Notes: generated from the sequence alone by a model not told the origin. A stretch of DNA of 64,000 nucleotides from an uncultured Halobacteriales archaeon (GCA_964426325.1 CAYRQD010000001.1:82193-146192); one strand, 5' to 3'. Positions 29,544 to 40,058 are shown, counted from the stretch's first letter. Numbers and translations are program-made.

Positions 29544-29660
29544 GCGGTCCGTTCCGAACTGCGGCGGTGTCCGGCGACCGATGTTTCGATCTTTCGCCGG
29601 GCACTCGGACGGCGACGCGGGGACTCCGGTCGGCCGTCGACCTTTCCCCGAGTGCAAAAG

Positions 29661-29734
29661 TGGGCCAGCACGGATTTGAACCGTGGGCCTCCCGGTTATC
29701 AGCCGAGCGCTCAACCTGACTGAGCTACTGGCCC
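29661..29734 (-). tRNA. tRNA-Ile (anticodon GAT)
   Basis: Reverse complement GGGCCAG...TAGCTCAG...CTCGG CTGATAA CCGGG...GGTTCAAATCC...CTGGCCCA; cloverleaf; CCA not encoded. Confidence 0.95.
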
Positions 29735-29819
29735 GAGTGGACGCACGGTCGAATTCCGGGCTCGTCCTCTTAACGGTTTCTCTTTGGCCGACGGCAGCCT
29801 CGTGAGGCCGACCCGACGG

Positions 29820-30380
29820 TCAGTTCCCGCCGTCGTTTCGCTTGTCGACTTCCTCGTACTCAACGTCGCGAACGCCCGAGCCCGCGCCGGCCTCCGATCC
29901 TCCGGGACCGGTCCCCGAGTCCGACCGCCCGCCCGGCGCGGTCCCGCCGTTTCCGCGGTCGTCGCCGGGGAACCCGCCGGAGTAGATCCGCCCGGTGACG
30001 AACCCACCGGTCTTCCGATCGAAGTACGGCACCAGGACCCACCGCTTGAGCCCCCACCGGAACGGGTACCGGGTCACGGGGACGACGATCAGCAGTCCGA
30101 GCGCGTCGGTTACTAGCCCCGGCGTGAGCAGGAAGCCGGCCGCGACCAACAGGAGTCCGCCGTCGATCAGCTCGTCGGTCGGGGACTCGCCCTGGCGGAG
30201 CTTCCGTTGGATCCGCACGATCGTGTGTCGGCCGGCGACCCGAACGAACAACAGCCCCACGAGCGCCGTCAGTACCACCAGGGCGACGACCAGCTGCCAA
30301 CCCAGGTAGCCGGTCAACACGACCAGCAGCAGGGCGTCGGCCAGCGGGATCAGCAACAACAGCCCGAGCAGGCGGAGCAT
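29820..30380 (-). CDS. fxsA: FxsA family membrane protein
   Basis: LLLIPLADALLL, DGGLLLVAAGFLLTPGLVTDALG, C-terminal DVEYEEV. Confidence 0.85.
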   Translation of the reverse strand: MLRLLGLLLLIPLADALLLVVLTGYLGWQLVVALVVLTALVGLLFVRVAGRHTIVRIQRKLRQGESPTDELIDGGLLLVAAGFLLTPGLVTDALGLLIVVPVTRYPFRWGLKRWVLVPYFDRKTGGFVTGRIYSGGFPGDDRGNGGTAPGGRSDSGTGPGGSEAGAGSGVRDVEYEEVDKRNDGGN

Positions 30381-30433
30381 ATGACTGCTTTCCGCTCGCC
30401 GCCCAATTAGCTTTCGAGGCGCGCGGCCGGCAG

Positions 30434-31903
30434 TCAGCGCTCCTCGCTCGGGCCCGGGTTGTCCGCCCCGTCGCCGGAGTCGGCCGGCTCGGGCGAGGAC
30501 CCGTCGAGTGCGTACCGCCGGAGGAGGACGGCCGCGAGGAGGGCGCCTCCGACGGCGAGCGCGCCCAGCCCGTACGCCGACAGCTGGCCGCCGATCCCCT
30601 CGACGACCGCGACGGCGAACGCCTCGGCCGTCTCGGCGCGGGCGCCGGTCTCACCGGCGAACTCCGCTTCGACCTCTCGGACGAGGCGGCCGTCCTGTGT
30701 CGCCACGAGCGCGGCGACGACACCCCCGGCCGCCAGCCCGCCTCCGACGGTCCCCGCGGTCGCGTCGATCGACCGGGAGAGGCCGTAGGCGAGGGCACCT
30801 GCGAGCCCGATCGCGCCGAGGAGCCCGAACCCGGCGAACTCGCTCAGCTGTACGAACTCGGCGATCTCGTCGATCCGGCCGCGATCCTCCGCCGAGAGCT
30901 CCTCGGCGAGGTCCAGCTCGGTCTCGAGGGCGGCCGTGATCTCCGCCCGCGCGATCCGCTCTGCCTCGTCTGCGATCGCCGCCTGGGCGCCCTCGACGCG
31001 GTCGGTGAACTCACCGTAGGACTGGTCGGTCACCAGCCCGTCGAGCACCGCCAACTGCAACTCGACGGCCGGCTCGGTGATGTTCGCCTCGTACTCCTCT
31101 GTGACGCGTCGGGTCTCGGTCTCGATCGCCGTCGTAGCCTCCTCCCGGAGTGTCTCGAGTTGCTCGTCGAACTCGGCCCGGAACGCCGGCTCCTTGGCGA
31201 TCGCAGTCCGAATCTCCTCCTCGTTTTCCTCGACCAGCCGCTCGCGGTCCTCCTGGCTCTCGGGTGGCTCGATTCCGATCAGTCCGAGCAGCACCGCGGC
31301 CGAGCGCTCCCCGAGTACCCGGTCGATCGCCGTCTGCCGGAGATCCGCCCGGAACTGTTCGCCGACGGCCGCGTACTCCGCCGGGCCGGACTGCATCCGC
31401 GCGAGCGTTTCACCCGAGAGTGGCACCTTTACGCCGGCGACGGCTTCGATCTGTTCGGCTCCGAGGTCCTCGACCAGCGCCGCCAGGTCGACGTCCCTGA
31501 CCGCCGTCCCGACGGCGGCGCTCGCGTTCTCGATCAGCGGCTCGGTGTCGACCACGAGCGCGAGCTCCTCGCGGTCGCCGTTGAGATACGCGGCGCCGGC
31601 CGCGATCACCCGCTCGGACTGTGTCCGGACGTACGTCTCTGTGATCGCCTCGTCGGCGATTGCCTCCGCGTCGATCGCGGTCGTCGGGACCTGTCCCGTT
31701 CCGGCGGCCCGGACCTCCTCGGTCGTGGCCTCGACCAGCTCGCCCTCGATGGTCTCGTATGCGTCCGCCTGCTCGGCTGTGTCCGTGACGAACCCTGCCG
31801 ACAGCACCGTCTGGTTGAGCGTGAACACGCCGACTGCGCCGACGGTGGCGACCGTCACGAACACCGCGAGCGCGACCACCCCGGCCGCTCTGAGTGCGCA
31901 CAT
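30434..31903 (-). CDS. hypothetical membrane protein with large acidic helical domain
   Basis: N-terminal TM, about 330-aa acidic helical region, three C-terminal TM segments. Confidence 0.75.
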   Translation of the reverse strand: MCALRAAGVVALAVFVTVATVGAVGVFTLNQTVLSAGFVTDTAEQADAYETIEGELVEATTEEVRAAGTGQVPTTAIDAEAIADEAITETYVRTQSERVIAAGAAYLNGDREELALVVDTEPLIENASAAVGTAVRDVDLAALVEDLGAEQIEAVAGVKVPLSGETLARMQSGPAEYAAVGEQFRADLRQTAIDRVLGERSAAVLLGLIGIEPPESQEDRERLVEENEEEIRTAIAKEPAFRAEFDEQLETLREEATTAIETETRRVTEEYEANITEPAVELQLAVLDGLVTDQSYGEFTDRVEGAQAAIADEAERIARAEITAALETELDLAEELSAEDRGRIDEIAEFVQLSEFAGFGLLGAIGLAGALAYGLSRSIDATAGTVGGGLAAGGVVAALVATQDGRLVREVEAEFAGETGARAETAEAFAVAVVEGIGGQLSAYGLGALAVGGALLAAVLLRRYALDGSSPEPADSGDGADNPGPSEER

Positions 31904-32028
31904 CGTCTCCCGTCCCCCGGTCGCCGCGGCGGCGGTATCAGTCTTGTCCGTTCGGTATCAGCGTTGAGAACTCCTCCCGGCGGGCGGCGAGGCGCGGGAC
32001 GTGCCGTTCCGCCCGGACTCCTCGACGG

Positions 32029-33330
32029 TCAGGAGAACTGCTCGACGGTCGGCCGGTCGCGTTCGCCCGGGAACGACTCGACCGGGACCTGGACCTGCTC
32101 GCCCGAGGCCATCTCCTTGAGCGTGATCTGCCCGTCCGCGAGGTCGCGCTCGCCGACGATCACCACCGTCTCGGCGTTGATGCTGTCCGCGTACTCGAGC
32201 TGGGCGCCGAAGCTCCGGCCGGCGACGTCGGTCTCGACGACGTGGCCCCGATCGCGGAGTTCGCGGGCGATCCGCCCGGCCGTCTCTGCGGTCTCGCCGA
32301 CCTGGAGGAGGTAATAGTCCGTCGCGATCCGTTCCTCGGGCCAGACGCCGGCTCGCTGGCACAGCAGCGCGAGCGGCGCGTGTCCGGGGGCGACCCCCAC
32401 CGCCGGGGTGGGCTGGCCGCCGAACGATTCGATCAGGTTGTCGTACCGTCCGCCGCCAAAGACCGACCGGTTGAGCTCGCCGGTCGAGTCGAAACACTCG
32501 AACACGACGCCGGTGTAGTAATCGAGCCCGCGGGCGGTGGTCAGCGAGAGCGTACAGTACTCCCGCACCCCTCGTCGCTCGGCCGCCGCGAGCACCGCCT
32601 CGAGGTTCTCGACGGCCGCTCCGACGTCCGCGAAGGCGACCAGCTCGTCGAGTCGGTCTGCGGGAGTCGCCAGCAGGTCGTCGAGCTGGCCGATCTGCCG
32701 GTCTGAGAGTCCGGCCTCGCACAACAACGCCGCGTACTCCGCCGGGGCGATCTTCTCGCGCTTGTCGATCGCCCGGATCGCCGCCCGGGTGTCGACCTCG
32801 GCATCGAACCCCCCGAGCAGTCCGCCGAGCACGTCCCGGTGGGACACCCGAAACTCGAAGTCCGCGCCGGTCAGCCCGAGATCGGTTAGGGCCTCGGCCG
32901 CAACCGCGAGCACCTCGGCGTCGGCGGTCGGCTCGGCCGACCCGAAGATGTCGACGTTCGTCTGGTAGAACTCCCGGAACCGGCCCTGCTGGACCTGCTC
33001 GTAGCGCCAGAACGGCCGGGTCGAGACCCACTTGATCGGCTTGGTCAGGGCCTGCTGTCTGGCGACGACCATCCGGGCGACCGTCGGCGTCAGCTCCGGC
33101 GTGAGCGCCACCTGCCGTCCGCCCTTGTCCTCGAAGGAGTACAGCTCCTCTAAGATGTCCTCGCCGCTCTTGTCAGTGTACAGCCGCGCGGACTCGACTC
33201 GCGGGGTCCCGACCTCCCGGAACCCGTACCGTCGCGCGGCGTCCTCGACGGTGTCGATCACCGTTCGACGGGCGGCCATCTTCTCGGGGTAAAAGTCCCG
33301 AAAGCCCTTGACGCGCTCGTAGTCGGTCAT
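32029..33330 (-). CDS. hisS: histidine--tRNA ligase
   Basis: VKGFRDFYP, LTPELTP, WRYEQVQQGRFREFYQ, RGLDYYTG, GGGRYD. Confidence 0.97.
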   Translation of the reverse strand: MTDYERVKGFRDFYPEKMAARRTVIDTVEDAARRYGFREVGTPRVESARLYTDKSGEDILEELYSFEDKGGRQVALTPELTPTVARMVVARQQALTKPIKWVSTRPFWRYEQVQQGRFREFYQTNVDIFGSAEPTADAEVLAVAAEALTDLGLTGADFEFRVSHRDVLGGLLGGFDAEVDTRAAIRAIDKREKIAPAEYAALLCEAGLSDRQIGQLDDLLATPADRLDELVAFADVGAAVENLEAVLAAAERRGVREYCTLSLTTARGLDYYTGVVFECFDSTGELNRSVFGGGRYDNLIESFGGQPTPAVGVAPGHAPLALLCQRAGVWPEERIATDYYLLQVGETAETAGRIARELRDRGHVVETDVAGRSFGAQLEYADSINAETVVIVGERDLADGQITLKEMASGEQVQVPVESFPGERDRPTVEQFS

Positions 33331-33423
33331 ACCACGGGTTCGGCGAGCCCGCGCTTGAACCCTTCCTTCGCTGGTTTGCCACCGGTCCCCCAGCGCCTCC
33401 GGGCCGACCGGGTGAGCCCGGGA

Positions 33424-34029
33424 CTACCCGCCCGCAGGCGGCGACCGGCGACCGATCACCCGCGACTGGGTGTGCTCGGGAAAGAGCGCCTCGACGGTCG
33501 CGTCGTACTCGGCTTCGATCAGCGCCCGGAGCTCGGCCTCGTAATCGCCGGTTTCGATCCGCTCGGAGGGACCGGTCTCAACGCGCAGGGCCGTCTCGGC
33601 GAGCGCGTCGATCGCCCCCCGCCCCAGCCCCGCGAGCGGCGCCAGGTGGGCCACGTCGTGGCGGTCTTCGAGGCTTTGTGCGAGCGATCGGTCGACCGTC
33701 GGCGCGCGGTCGTCCCTGCGAGTCCCGTCGGCGACGGCCTCGACGCCGGTCGCGGCGGCCCGCTCCAGGGCGTGTTCGTGGACCCGCTGGATCCCGTTTC
33801 GCGGGTACCCGTCGGCCACGATCCGGTCGGCGGCCGCCCGCGCCACCGTTGGGTCGAGCTCGAGCTGCCGCGCCGGGACCTCGAGCTTCGCGGCCGTCCG
33901 CCGGGCGTGCTCGTGGTCGTCGGTGATACCGAAACTCCCGCAGAGAAGCGTCACCGAACAGAACCGCTCGAGAACGAGCGCGGCGAGCGTCGAGTCTCTC
34001 CCCCCGCTGTACAGGAGGCCGACCTCCAT
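33424..34029 (-). CDS. PP-loop (adenine nucleotide alpha hydrolase-like) protein
   Basis: LLYSGGRDS, ADGTRRDD, GDYEAELR. Confidence 0.82.
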   Translation of the reverse strand: MEVGLLYSGGRDSTLAALVLERFCSVTLLCGSFGITDDHEHARRTAAKLEVPARQLELDPTVARAAADRIVADGYPRNGIQRVHEHALERAAATGVEAVADGTRRDDRAPTVDRSLAQSLEDRHDVAHLAPLAGLGRGAIDALAETALRVETGPSERIETGDYEAELRALIEAEYDATVEALFPEHTQSRVIGRRSPPAGG

Positions 34030-34032
34030 CTG

Positions 34033-34377
34033 CTATCGGCGCTTGATATCGAAGCTCTTCGAGTCGGGCGTGATCTCCTGCAGCAGCTGTTTCATCTTTT
34101 CCTCGTCGATCTTGTCTCGGATCCGCCCGCTCTGTGCGAGCGCGACGATCTGCTGTTCGACCTGTTCGCCGACCTGGGGCTTCGACATCTTGACGGTGTT
34201 GAGCCGCTTGCGGGCACCGTCGGTGAGGTGCTGGCGCAAAAGCGCCTTCTTCTGTGCCTCGGCCTGCTGGCGCTGGGCCTCGCGTCCCTCATCGTCCTGT
34301 TCTGCCTGCTCTTTGAGCTGCTCCATGCGCTCCTCGCGGAGTTGCTCGAGTTCCTCGTCGCTCTGATCGCTGCTCAT
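34033..34377 (-). CDS. PDCD5-like dsDNA-binding protein
   Basis: [21 protein letters not shown]...[10 protein letters not shown]...FDIKRR. Confidence 0.92.
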   Translation of the reverse strand: MSSDQSDEELEQLREERMEQLKEQAEQDDEGREAQRQQAEAQKKALLRQHLTDGARKRLNTVKMSKPQVGEQVEQQIVALAQSGRIRDKIDEEKMKQLLQEITPDSKSFDIKRR

Positions 34378-34466
34378 ACACGAGGTTAGCGAGTCCCGGG
34401 CAAAACGATTTCGCCGCGTCCGCGACCAGTCCAAAGACAGATACTCCTCGCGGTCGTTGTTCTGGT

Positions 34467-34952
34467 ATGAGCGAACGCGAGCGCCAGCTCGACCGGACCG
34501 CCGATACGGATGAGTTCGAGCTGGAGATCGGGTCCGACGACCCGACCGCCGAGAACGACGGCCCCGGAGGTCTCCGCGGCCGGCTCGGGACGATCGTCAC
34601 GACCCGGGAGCTGGTCGGCGCTTTCCTGACGACCGTCCTCGGGCTCGTGTTCGTCGGCGGATTCCTGCCGTTGGCGCTCGTCGGCGGGCTCGTCGGGGTG
34701 TTCGCTGGCGGGTTCGCCTACGGGGTCGGCGCCGGCTCGCGGCCGTACCTTCCCCTCGCCGTCGCCGGCGGCATCGCGACGGCCGCCTGGCAGGTGCTCA
34801 ACAACATTGCGCTCACGCTGCTGGGCCCGGGCGTCCCGCTGGCGGCCGTCGCGCTCGTCGGCGGCGGGCTCGCGGCCGTCGCGGGCGGGTACTTCGGCAG
34901 GGACCTCCGCCACGGGCTCACCCGGGACCTCGGCGAGGACCGGCCGCGGTGA
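34467..34952 (+). CDS. hypothetical membrane protein
   Basis: Acidic N-terminus, about four TM segments, [16 protein letters not shown]. Confidence 0.75.
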   Translation: MSERERQLDRTADTDEFELEIGSDDPTAENDGPGGLRGRLGTIVTTRELVGAFLTTVLGLVFVGGFLPLALVGGLVGVFAGGFAYGVGAGSRPYLPLAVAGGIATAAWQVLNNIALTLLGPGVPLAAVALVGGGLAAVAGGYFGRDLRHGLTRDLGEDRPR

Positions 34953-34958
34953 CCCCAG

Positions 34959-35606
34959 TCAGGCGAGTTCCCAGCCGTCCTCGCTTCTGCCGACGACTCC
35001 CGCCTGTTCGAGGCTCCCGAGCAGCGCCGCGACCTGCCGCGGGTCGAGCTCGACCCGGCCCGCGATCGTCTCGACGGTCGCCGGCGCGTCCTCGGCGAGC
35101 GCTGCGATGACGCCCGCGACCAGCCGCGGATCCTCCTCGAGGGCCTCGCCGAGTCGCTCGCGCAGCTCCGTGATCTGGCCCTCGACCCACCGCTTTGCAA
35201 GCGAGAGCTCCCTGTCGAGTTCCTCGAGCTCTCGTAGTGCCCGGGCGAGCTCGTTTGCCCCGCCCCGTGGCTCGGCCCGGTCGAGTTCGATGCTGAGGTG
35301 CTGACGCCCGAGCGACGGCCGTGACTGTCGCGGGTAGGCGCTTTTCGCGCCGAACTCGTAGGGCGAGACCGTCACCTCGAGCTGGACGTGACGGGCGATC
35401 GAGAAGTACTTCCGGCGCCGGTCGTCGGTCCGGCTCTCGACCAGCCCTGCCGCCTTGAGTTTCCCCAGGTGATCGATCACCGCCTTCGGCCCCACGCCCA
35501 ACACGTCGCTGATCTCGGTCACGTAGTGGGGCCGCCGGGCCAACAGCCTGAGGATCCGCCGCCTGTTCGCGTTTCCCAGCAGATCGAGCAGCTCGGCGGA
35601 GTGCAT
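34959..35606 (-). CDS. ArsR family transcriptional regulator
   Basis: MHSAELLDLLGNANRRRILRLL...YVTEIS...PKAVIDHL...RRKYF; coiled coil and second wHTH. Confidence 0.88.
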   Translation of the reverse strand: MHSAELLDLLGNANRRRILRLLARRPHYVTEISDVLGVGPKAVIDHLGKLKAAGLVESRTDDRRRKYFSIARHVQLEVTVSPYEFGAKSAYPRQSRPSLGRQHLSIELDRAEPRGGANELARALRELEELDRELSLAKRWVEGQITELRERLGEALEEDPRLVAGVIAALAEDAPATVETIAGRVELDPRQVAALLGSLEQAGVVGRSEDGWELA

Positions 35607-35721
35607 TAACGTAACGTTACCGACAACAATTAATAAAGTAATCGATCCTCGCCCTCGAGATTCGACGCGCGACGAACCCGTAGTCGACAGGCACTTGTGT
35701 CCAGTCGTCGCGAGTAATCCT

Positions 35722-37056
35722 ATGGATATCGGAATCGACGGGGTCGAACTCTGGGCCGGGAAGCTCCGGCTCGATCTCCCGGGGACGTTCGCCCCGGCCA
35801 ACGGCGAGGATCCCGAAAAGTACACGAAGGGGTTGGGACTGCAGGCCTCCTCGCTGCCGGACAGCTACGAGGACATCGTGACGATGGGGGCCAACGCGGC
35901 CCACCGGCTGCTCGAGCGCAAAGGCGTTAGCCTCGACGAGATCGGCCGGATCGACGTGTCGACCGAGAGCGCCTTCGACCGCTCGAAGCCGGTCTCGACG
36001 TACGTGGCCGGCTGTCTCGAGTCGGTCCACGAGGGGTCGCTCACGACCGCGAACAAAGGCGAGCGGAAGTTCGCCTGCCTGGCGGGGACCCAGGCGCTCG
36101 ACGACGCGGCAAACTGGATCCGCGCCGGGCGTCACCGCGGCCGGGCGGCGCTGGTGATCGCGACCGACACGGCGCTGTACGCCCGGGACGACCCCGGCGA
36201 GGCCACCCAGGGGGCCGGCGCGGTCGCGATGCTCGTCGCGGAGGATCCCGACCTGGTCGCGCTCGGCCCCGAACAGGGAATCGGTAGCGTCGACGAGACG
36301 GACTTTCTCAAGCCCAACCAGCAGTTCCCCAGCGTCGACGGCGAGCGGTCGATGCAGGTGTACCTCGCCCGGATGCGCGAAGCGCTGGTGGATTTCGCCC
36401 GCGCCGGCGGCACCACCCACCCCGACGAGTTCGCCCTGGTGCCGTTTCACACGCCGTTCCCGGGGATGGTCCGGAAGGCGGCGCCGCTTGGCTATCGGCA
36501 CGCGATCCGGGACACCGAGTACGAGGAGCAACTCGCGGACGAGATCGGCCGCCAGCCCCGCCCGGAGGGCTTCGAGAGCGAGGAGGCGTACCTGAGCGCC
36601 GTCACGGAGTACACCGAGGCGCTCACCGGGACCGACCAGTACGGGCGCTGGTACGACCGGACCGTCGAGCCGACCCTCGCCATCTCGCGGCAGGTCGGTA
36701 ACTGGTACACCGCCTCGGTGCACGTCACCCGCGTCGCCGGGCTGCTCGAGGCCCGCGACGCCGGCCGGGAGCTCGCCGGCGCCGGACTGCTGGTTGCCTC
36801 CTACGGCAGCGGCGCGCAGGCCGAGATCCACGCCGAGACCGTCCAGCCGGGCTGGACCGACGAGCTCGACGGACTTAGGATCCGTGAGCAGCTCGCCGAC
36901 CGCCGGGAGATCAGCTTCGAGGAGTACGAGCGGATCCACGACGCACACAACCACGACCAGAGCACCGACGTCGCGCCGCTCACCGAGCCCGACGGCGAGT
37001 TCGTCTTCGACGGCTGGGGCCGGATGGGCGAACGCGAGTACGCCTTCGTCGAGTAA
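35722..37056 (+). CDS. hmgB: hydroxymethylglutaryl-CoA synthase
   Basis: EDIVTM, ERKFACLAG, GEATQGAGAVA, FHTPF, VGNWYTAS, SYGSG. Confidence 0.95.
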   Translation: MDIGIDGVELWAGKLRLDLPGTFAPANGEDPEKYTKGLGLQASSLPDSYEDIVTMGANAAHRLLERKGVSLDEIGRIDVSTESAFDRSKPVSTYVAGCLESVHEGSLTTANKGERKFACLAGTQALDDAANWIRAGRHRGRAALVIATDTALYARDDPGEATQGAGAVAMLVAEDPDLVALGPEQGIGSVDETDFLKPNQQFPSVDGERSMQVYLARMREALVDFARAGGTTHPDEFALVPFHTPFPGMVRKAAPLGYRHAIRDTEYEEQLADEIGRQPRPEGFESEEAYLSAVTEYTEALTGTDQYGRWYDRTVEPTLAISRQVGNWYTASVHVTRVAGLLEARDAGRELAGAGLLVASYGSGAQAEIHAETVQPGWTDELDGLRIREQLADRREISFEEYERIHDAHNHDQSTDVAPLTEPDGEFVFDGWGRMGEREYAFVE

Positions 37057-37764
37057 TCAGGGCAGTCCACGGAGCCCGTCGAGCACCTGTTGCAGGTCCG
37101 CGTCGGTCAAGGCGAGCGAAAAGCCCTCGATGCGGGCGAGCTCGGCGGCGTGTTCCCAGAGATCCGCCTCGTCGATGCCGTGGAGCACGACGGCATGTGG
37201 CGTAAACTGCACCACGCGCAGGGCGACCATTGCCCCCTCGCCGTCGGTGACGTTGGTGAACACGAGCGCCCGGTTCGTGCTCTCCCCGTACAGCGTATAG
37301 AACTCCTCGTTGGAGAACCGCCGGATCACCTCGATGCTGTCGAGGACGGTGTGTCCGGCGACAGTCTCTCGATCACCGGCGACGAGCTCGGTCGCGCCGA
37401 CGGCTTCGTACAGCCGCTCGATCGGGATGTTCGTGGCGTACTCCCGGAGGTCCTGGACGACGTCGCTGTCGAAGCCCGCGAGCACCACGCGGGCGTGCTG
37501 GCGGATGTGCTCGCCGCCCTGGCGCTGGTCGATGTCGAGTAAGGCGCCGATCACCCGCCGGACGACGTCGACGCCGGGATTGTCCCGCCGACCGCTCTCG
37601 TAGTCTGAGATCACCGACGGCGAGACGTCCAGTTCCTCGGCCAGGGCCGTCTGTGGGATCTCGAAGTCGGTCCGCCACTTACGCAGCGTCGCCCCAGGAT
37701 CGTCGCTCAGCACGATCTCGCCGGCGATTTTCTCCGCCAGTTCCGCCCGGCCCCCGCGAGTCAT
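37057..37764 (-). CDS. XRE-type HTH transcriptional regulator
   Basis: IAGEIVLSDDPGATLRKWR...SPSVISDYESGRR...RALVFTNVT. Confidence 0.88.
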   Translation of the reverse strand: MTRGGRAELAEKIAGEIVLSDDPGATLRKWRTDFEIPQTALAEELDVSPSVISDYESGRRDNPGVDVVRRVIGALLDIDQRQGGEHIRQHARVVLAGFDSDVVQDLREYATNIPIERLYEAVGATELVAGDRETVAGHTVLDSIEVIRRFSNEEFYTLYGESTNRALVFTNVTDGEGAMVALRVVQFTPHAVVLHGIDEADLWEHAAELARIEGFSLALTDADLQQVLDGLRGLP

Positions 37765-37809
37765 ACTTCGATTGGCGGCCGGCCGGTCAAAAAGGATACC
37801 GATGGGCGC

Positions 37810-39306
37810 CTACAGGTCGTACAGCCGGGTGAACTTCTCGCGGACGTACTCGACGAACGGCTCGGCGGAGATCGGCTCGCCGGTCGCGCGCTCGACGAGT
37901 TCGGGGGTCTCGTAGCGCTGGCCGTGCTGGTGGACGTGCTCGGTCATCCACTCGTGGATCGGCCCGAACTCTCCCGCCCGAACCAGCTCGTCGACGTCCA
38001 GGTCGGCCCGGATCGCCCGGTCGAGCTGGGCGGCGACGACGCTGCCGAGCGTGTACCCGTGGAAGGCGGCGAAGCCGCTGGTCCAGTGGATGTCTTGGAG
38101 ACAGCCCTCGGCGTCGGTCTCGGGGCGCACGCCGAGGTACTCGTCCATCTTGTCGTTCCACAGCCCGGGGATCTCCTCGACCCCAATGTCGCCCTCGACG
38201 AAGGCCCGCCCGATCTCCGAGCGGAGGATGATGTGCATGTGGTAGGTCAGCTCGTCGGCCTCGACCCGGATCAGGTTGTCCGGGCGCACGCGGTTTGCGG
38301 TCTCGTAGGCCGCCCGCGGGCTCACGTCGGTACCCAGGTGGTCGTTGAGCGTCGGCGTGAACGTTTCCCAGAACGGCTCGGTCCGGCCGATGTGGTTCTC
38401 CCAGAACCGCGACTGGGACTCGTGGATGCTCCCCCGGGCCGATCCCAGCGGCGTGGCGTAGGCGTCTTTCGGTAGCCCGAGCTGGTAGGTGGCGTGACCC
38501 ATCTCGTGGATCGTCGCCATCAGGGCGTCGATCGGATCCGCGGGCTGGTAGCGGGTGGTCACGCGGGCGTCGAACTGCGTGCCGACGGTGAACGGGTGCG
38601 GCGAGGTGTCGAGTCGGCCCCGCCCGTGGTCGTATCCCAGGAAATCGAGCGCCGCCTTGTTGAGCCCGGCCTGGTCCTCCTCGGGGTACTCGCCGTCGAA
38701 GGGCGCCGCAAGCGGCTCGGCCTCGGCGACGGCCTCGATCAGCGGCGGGAGCTCCTCGCGGAGCGTCGCGAAGATCTCCTCCATCCGCTCTAAGGGCACG
38801 TACTGGTGGCTGTCCTCGTACAGGACGGTGTAGGGGCTCTCGTCGGGGTCGATGTGCTCGGCACGCTCGCGCTGCAGATCCCGCATCGTCTCGAGGCGCG
38901 GGGCGAAGGCCTCGAAGTCGTCGTCTGCCTTCGCGTCCTGCCAGATCTGTTGGTTCTCGGCGGCGGTCTGGGTGATCCGCTCGGCCAGCTCGCTTGGCAC
39001 CTCGGCCTCGCGCTCGTGGCTGTGGCGGATCTCGCGAACGTTTGCCGCCTGCTCCGGTGTCAGGTCGGCCTCCTCAAGGGTCGCGAGCCACCCGGCCATC
39101 TGCTCGTCGACGAGCAGGTCGTGGGCGGTCGCGGACACCGCAGAGAGCTGCTGTGATCGTCCCGGAGCGCCGCCCGCCGGCATCACCACCTGCTGGTCCC
39201 AGTTCAGGTAACCAGCGGCGTGTTGCAGGTTCGACACCTGCTTGTACTGATCGAGCAGCTGCTCGTAGGCCCGGTCCGGATCGTCGCTGGTCTGTGTCGT
39301 CGCCAT
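37810..39306 (-). CDS. carboxypeptidase M32
   Basis: HPFT, HEMGH (HEXXH), HESQSRFWEN, IRVEADE, GCLQDIHW. Confidence 0.95.
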   Translation of the reverse strand: MATTQTSDDPDRAYEQLLDQYKQVSNLQHAAGYLNWDQQVVMPAGGAPGRSQQLSAVSATAHDLLVDEQMAGWLATLEEADLTPEQAANVREIRHSHEREAEVPSELAERITQTAAENQQIWQDAKADDDFEAFAPRLETMRDLQRERAEHIDPDESPYTVLYEDSHQYVPLERMEEIFATLREELPPLIEAVAEAEPLAAPFDGEYPEEDQAGLNKAALDFLGYDHGRGRLDTSPHPFTVGTQFDARVTTRYQPADPIDALMATIHEMGHATYQLGLPKDAYATPLGSARGSIHESQSRFWENHIGRTEPFWETFTPTLNDHLGTDVSPRAAYETANRVRPDNLIRVEADELTYHMHIILRSEIGRAFVEGDIGVEEIPGLWNDKMDEYLGVRPETDAEGCLQDIHWTSGFAAFHGYTLGSVVAAQLDRAIRADLDVDELVRAGEFGPIHEWMTEHVHQHGQRYETPELVERATGEPISAEPFVEYVREKFTRLYDL

Positions 39307-39359
39307 ACTGGTCGGTGGACGGGACGCATAATAAAACGTGTCCGTTCCCGGGTCGGCAG

Positions 39360-39995
39360 TCAGTTTGAGGGCTCTTTTCCGGACTCGCCGCCGTCGGAGT
39401 CGTCTGTTTCGGTCTCTCCGTCCGGCTCTTCGAGGATCTGATCGTCAACCGTCTGCTCGATCGTCTCCTCGACAGTGTCTCCGACGGTTTCCTCGACAGT
39501 ACCTTCGACGGTCTCCTCGACAGTCTGTTCGACCGCCTGCTTGACGTCCGGCTCGACCTGTTGTTCGATCGTCTCTTCGACCGCCCGCTCGACCGTTTCG
39601 CCCACCTCCTGTTCGACCTGTTCGCCGACGGCTTCCTGGACTGCCTCATCGACTGAGTCGTCCATCTGCTCTTTGACCGCGGCGCCGACGCCTTCCTGCA
39701 CCTCGCCGACAGCCTTGTCGACGCTCTCGTCGACAGTCTCCTCTACCTGTTCGCCGACGGCCCGATCAACCTCCTCGCCGACGGTCTTCTCGACGGTCTC
39801 TTCGACGGTCCGGGCCATCCACTCGGGGTCGTACCGCGCCATCTTCCAGACGACGTGGAGCAGGTAGGCAACGAACACGCCCATCGCGAACGCGATCCCG
39901 ACCCGCTGTCCGATCACCGTCAGCAACACAACCGAGACAAAGAGCAACACGCCGTAGCCGACATCGACCAGCCTGTCGACCCGTCCGGGATCCAT
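39360..39995 (-). CDS. two-TM membrane protein with tetrad-repeat acidic tail
   Basis: Two TM helices, WKMARYDPEWM, then about 30 V-x-E-x units. Confidence 0.8.
   Translation of the reverse strand: MDPGRVDRLVDVGYGVLLFVSVVLLTVIGQRVGIAFAMGVFVAYLLHVVWKMARYDPEWMARTVEETVEKTVGEEVDRAVGEQVEETVDESVDKAVGEVQEGVGAAVKEQMDDSVDEAVQEAVGEQVEQEVGETVERAVEETIEQQVEPDVKQAVEQTVEETVEGTVEETVGDTVEETIEQTVDDQILEEPDGETETDDSDGGESGKEPSN
39430..39809 (-). repeat. degenerate 12-bp coding tandem repeat (V-x-E/Q-x)
   Basis: Recurrent TCGACGGTCTC / TCGACAGTCT / CCGACGGT on the + strand. Confidence 0.7.
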
Positions 39996-40058
39996 ACGCT
40001 TGATACACCAGGGGGCGGTTAAGCTCTTCTGACCTGCCAGTCTCGCGGGCTTGGTGTC

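Noticed and set aside
34033..34466. PDCD5 gene lacking its frequent upstream neighbour rps19e
   Set aside because: A simple synteny difference with no further signal
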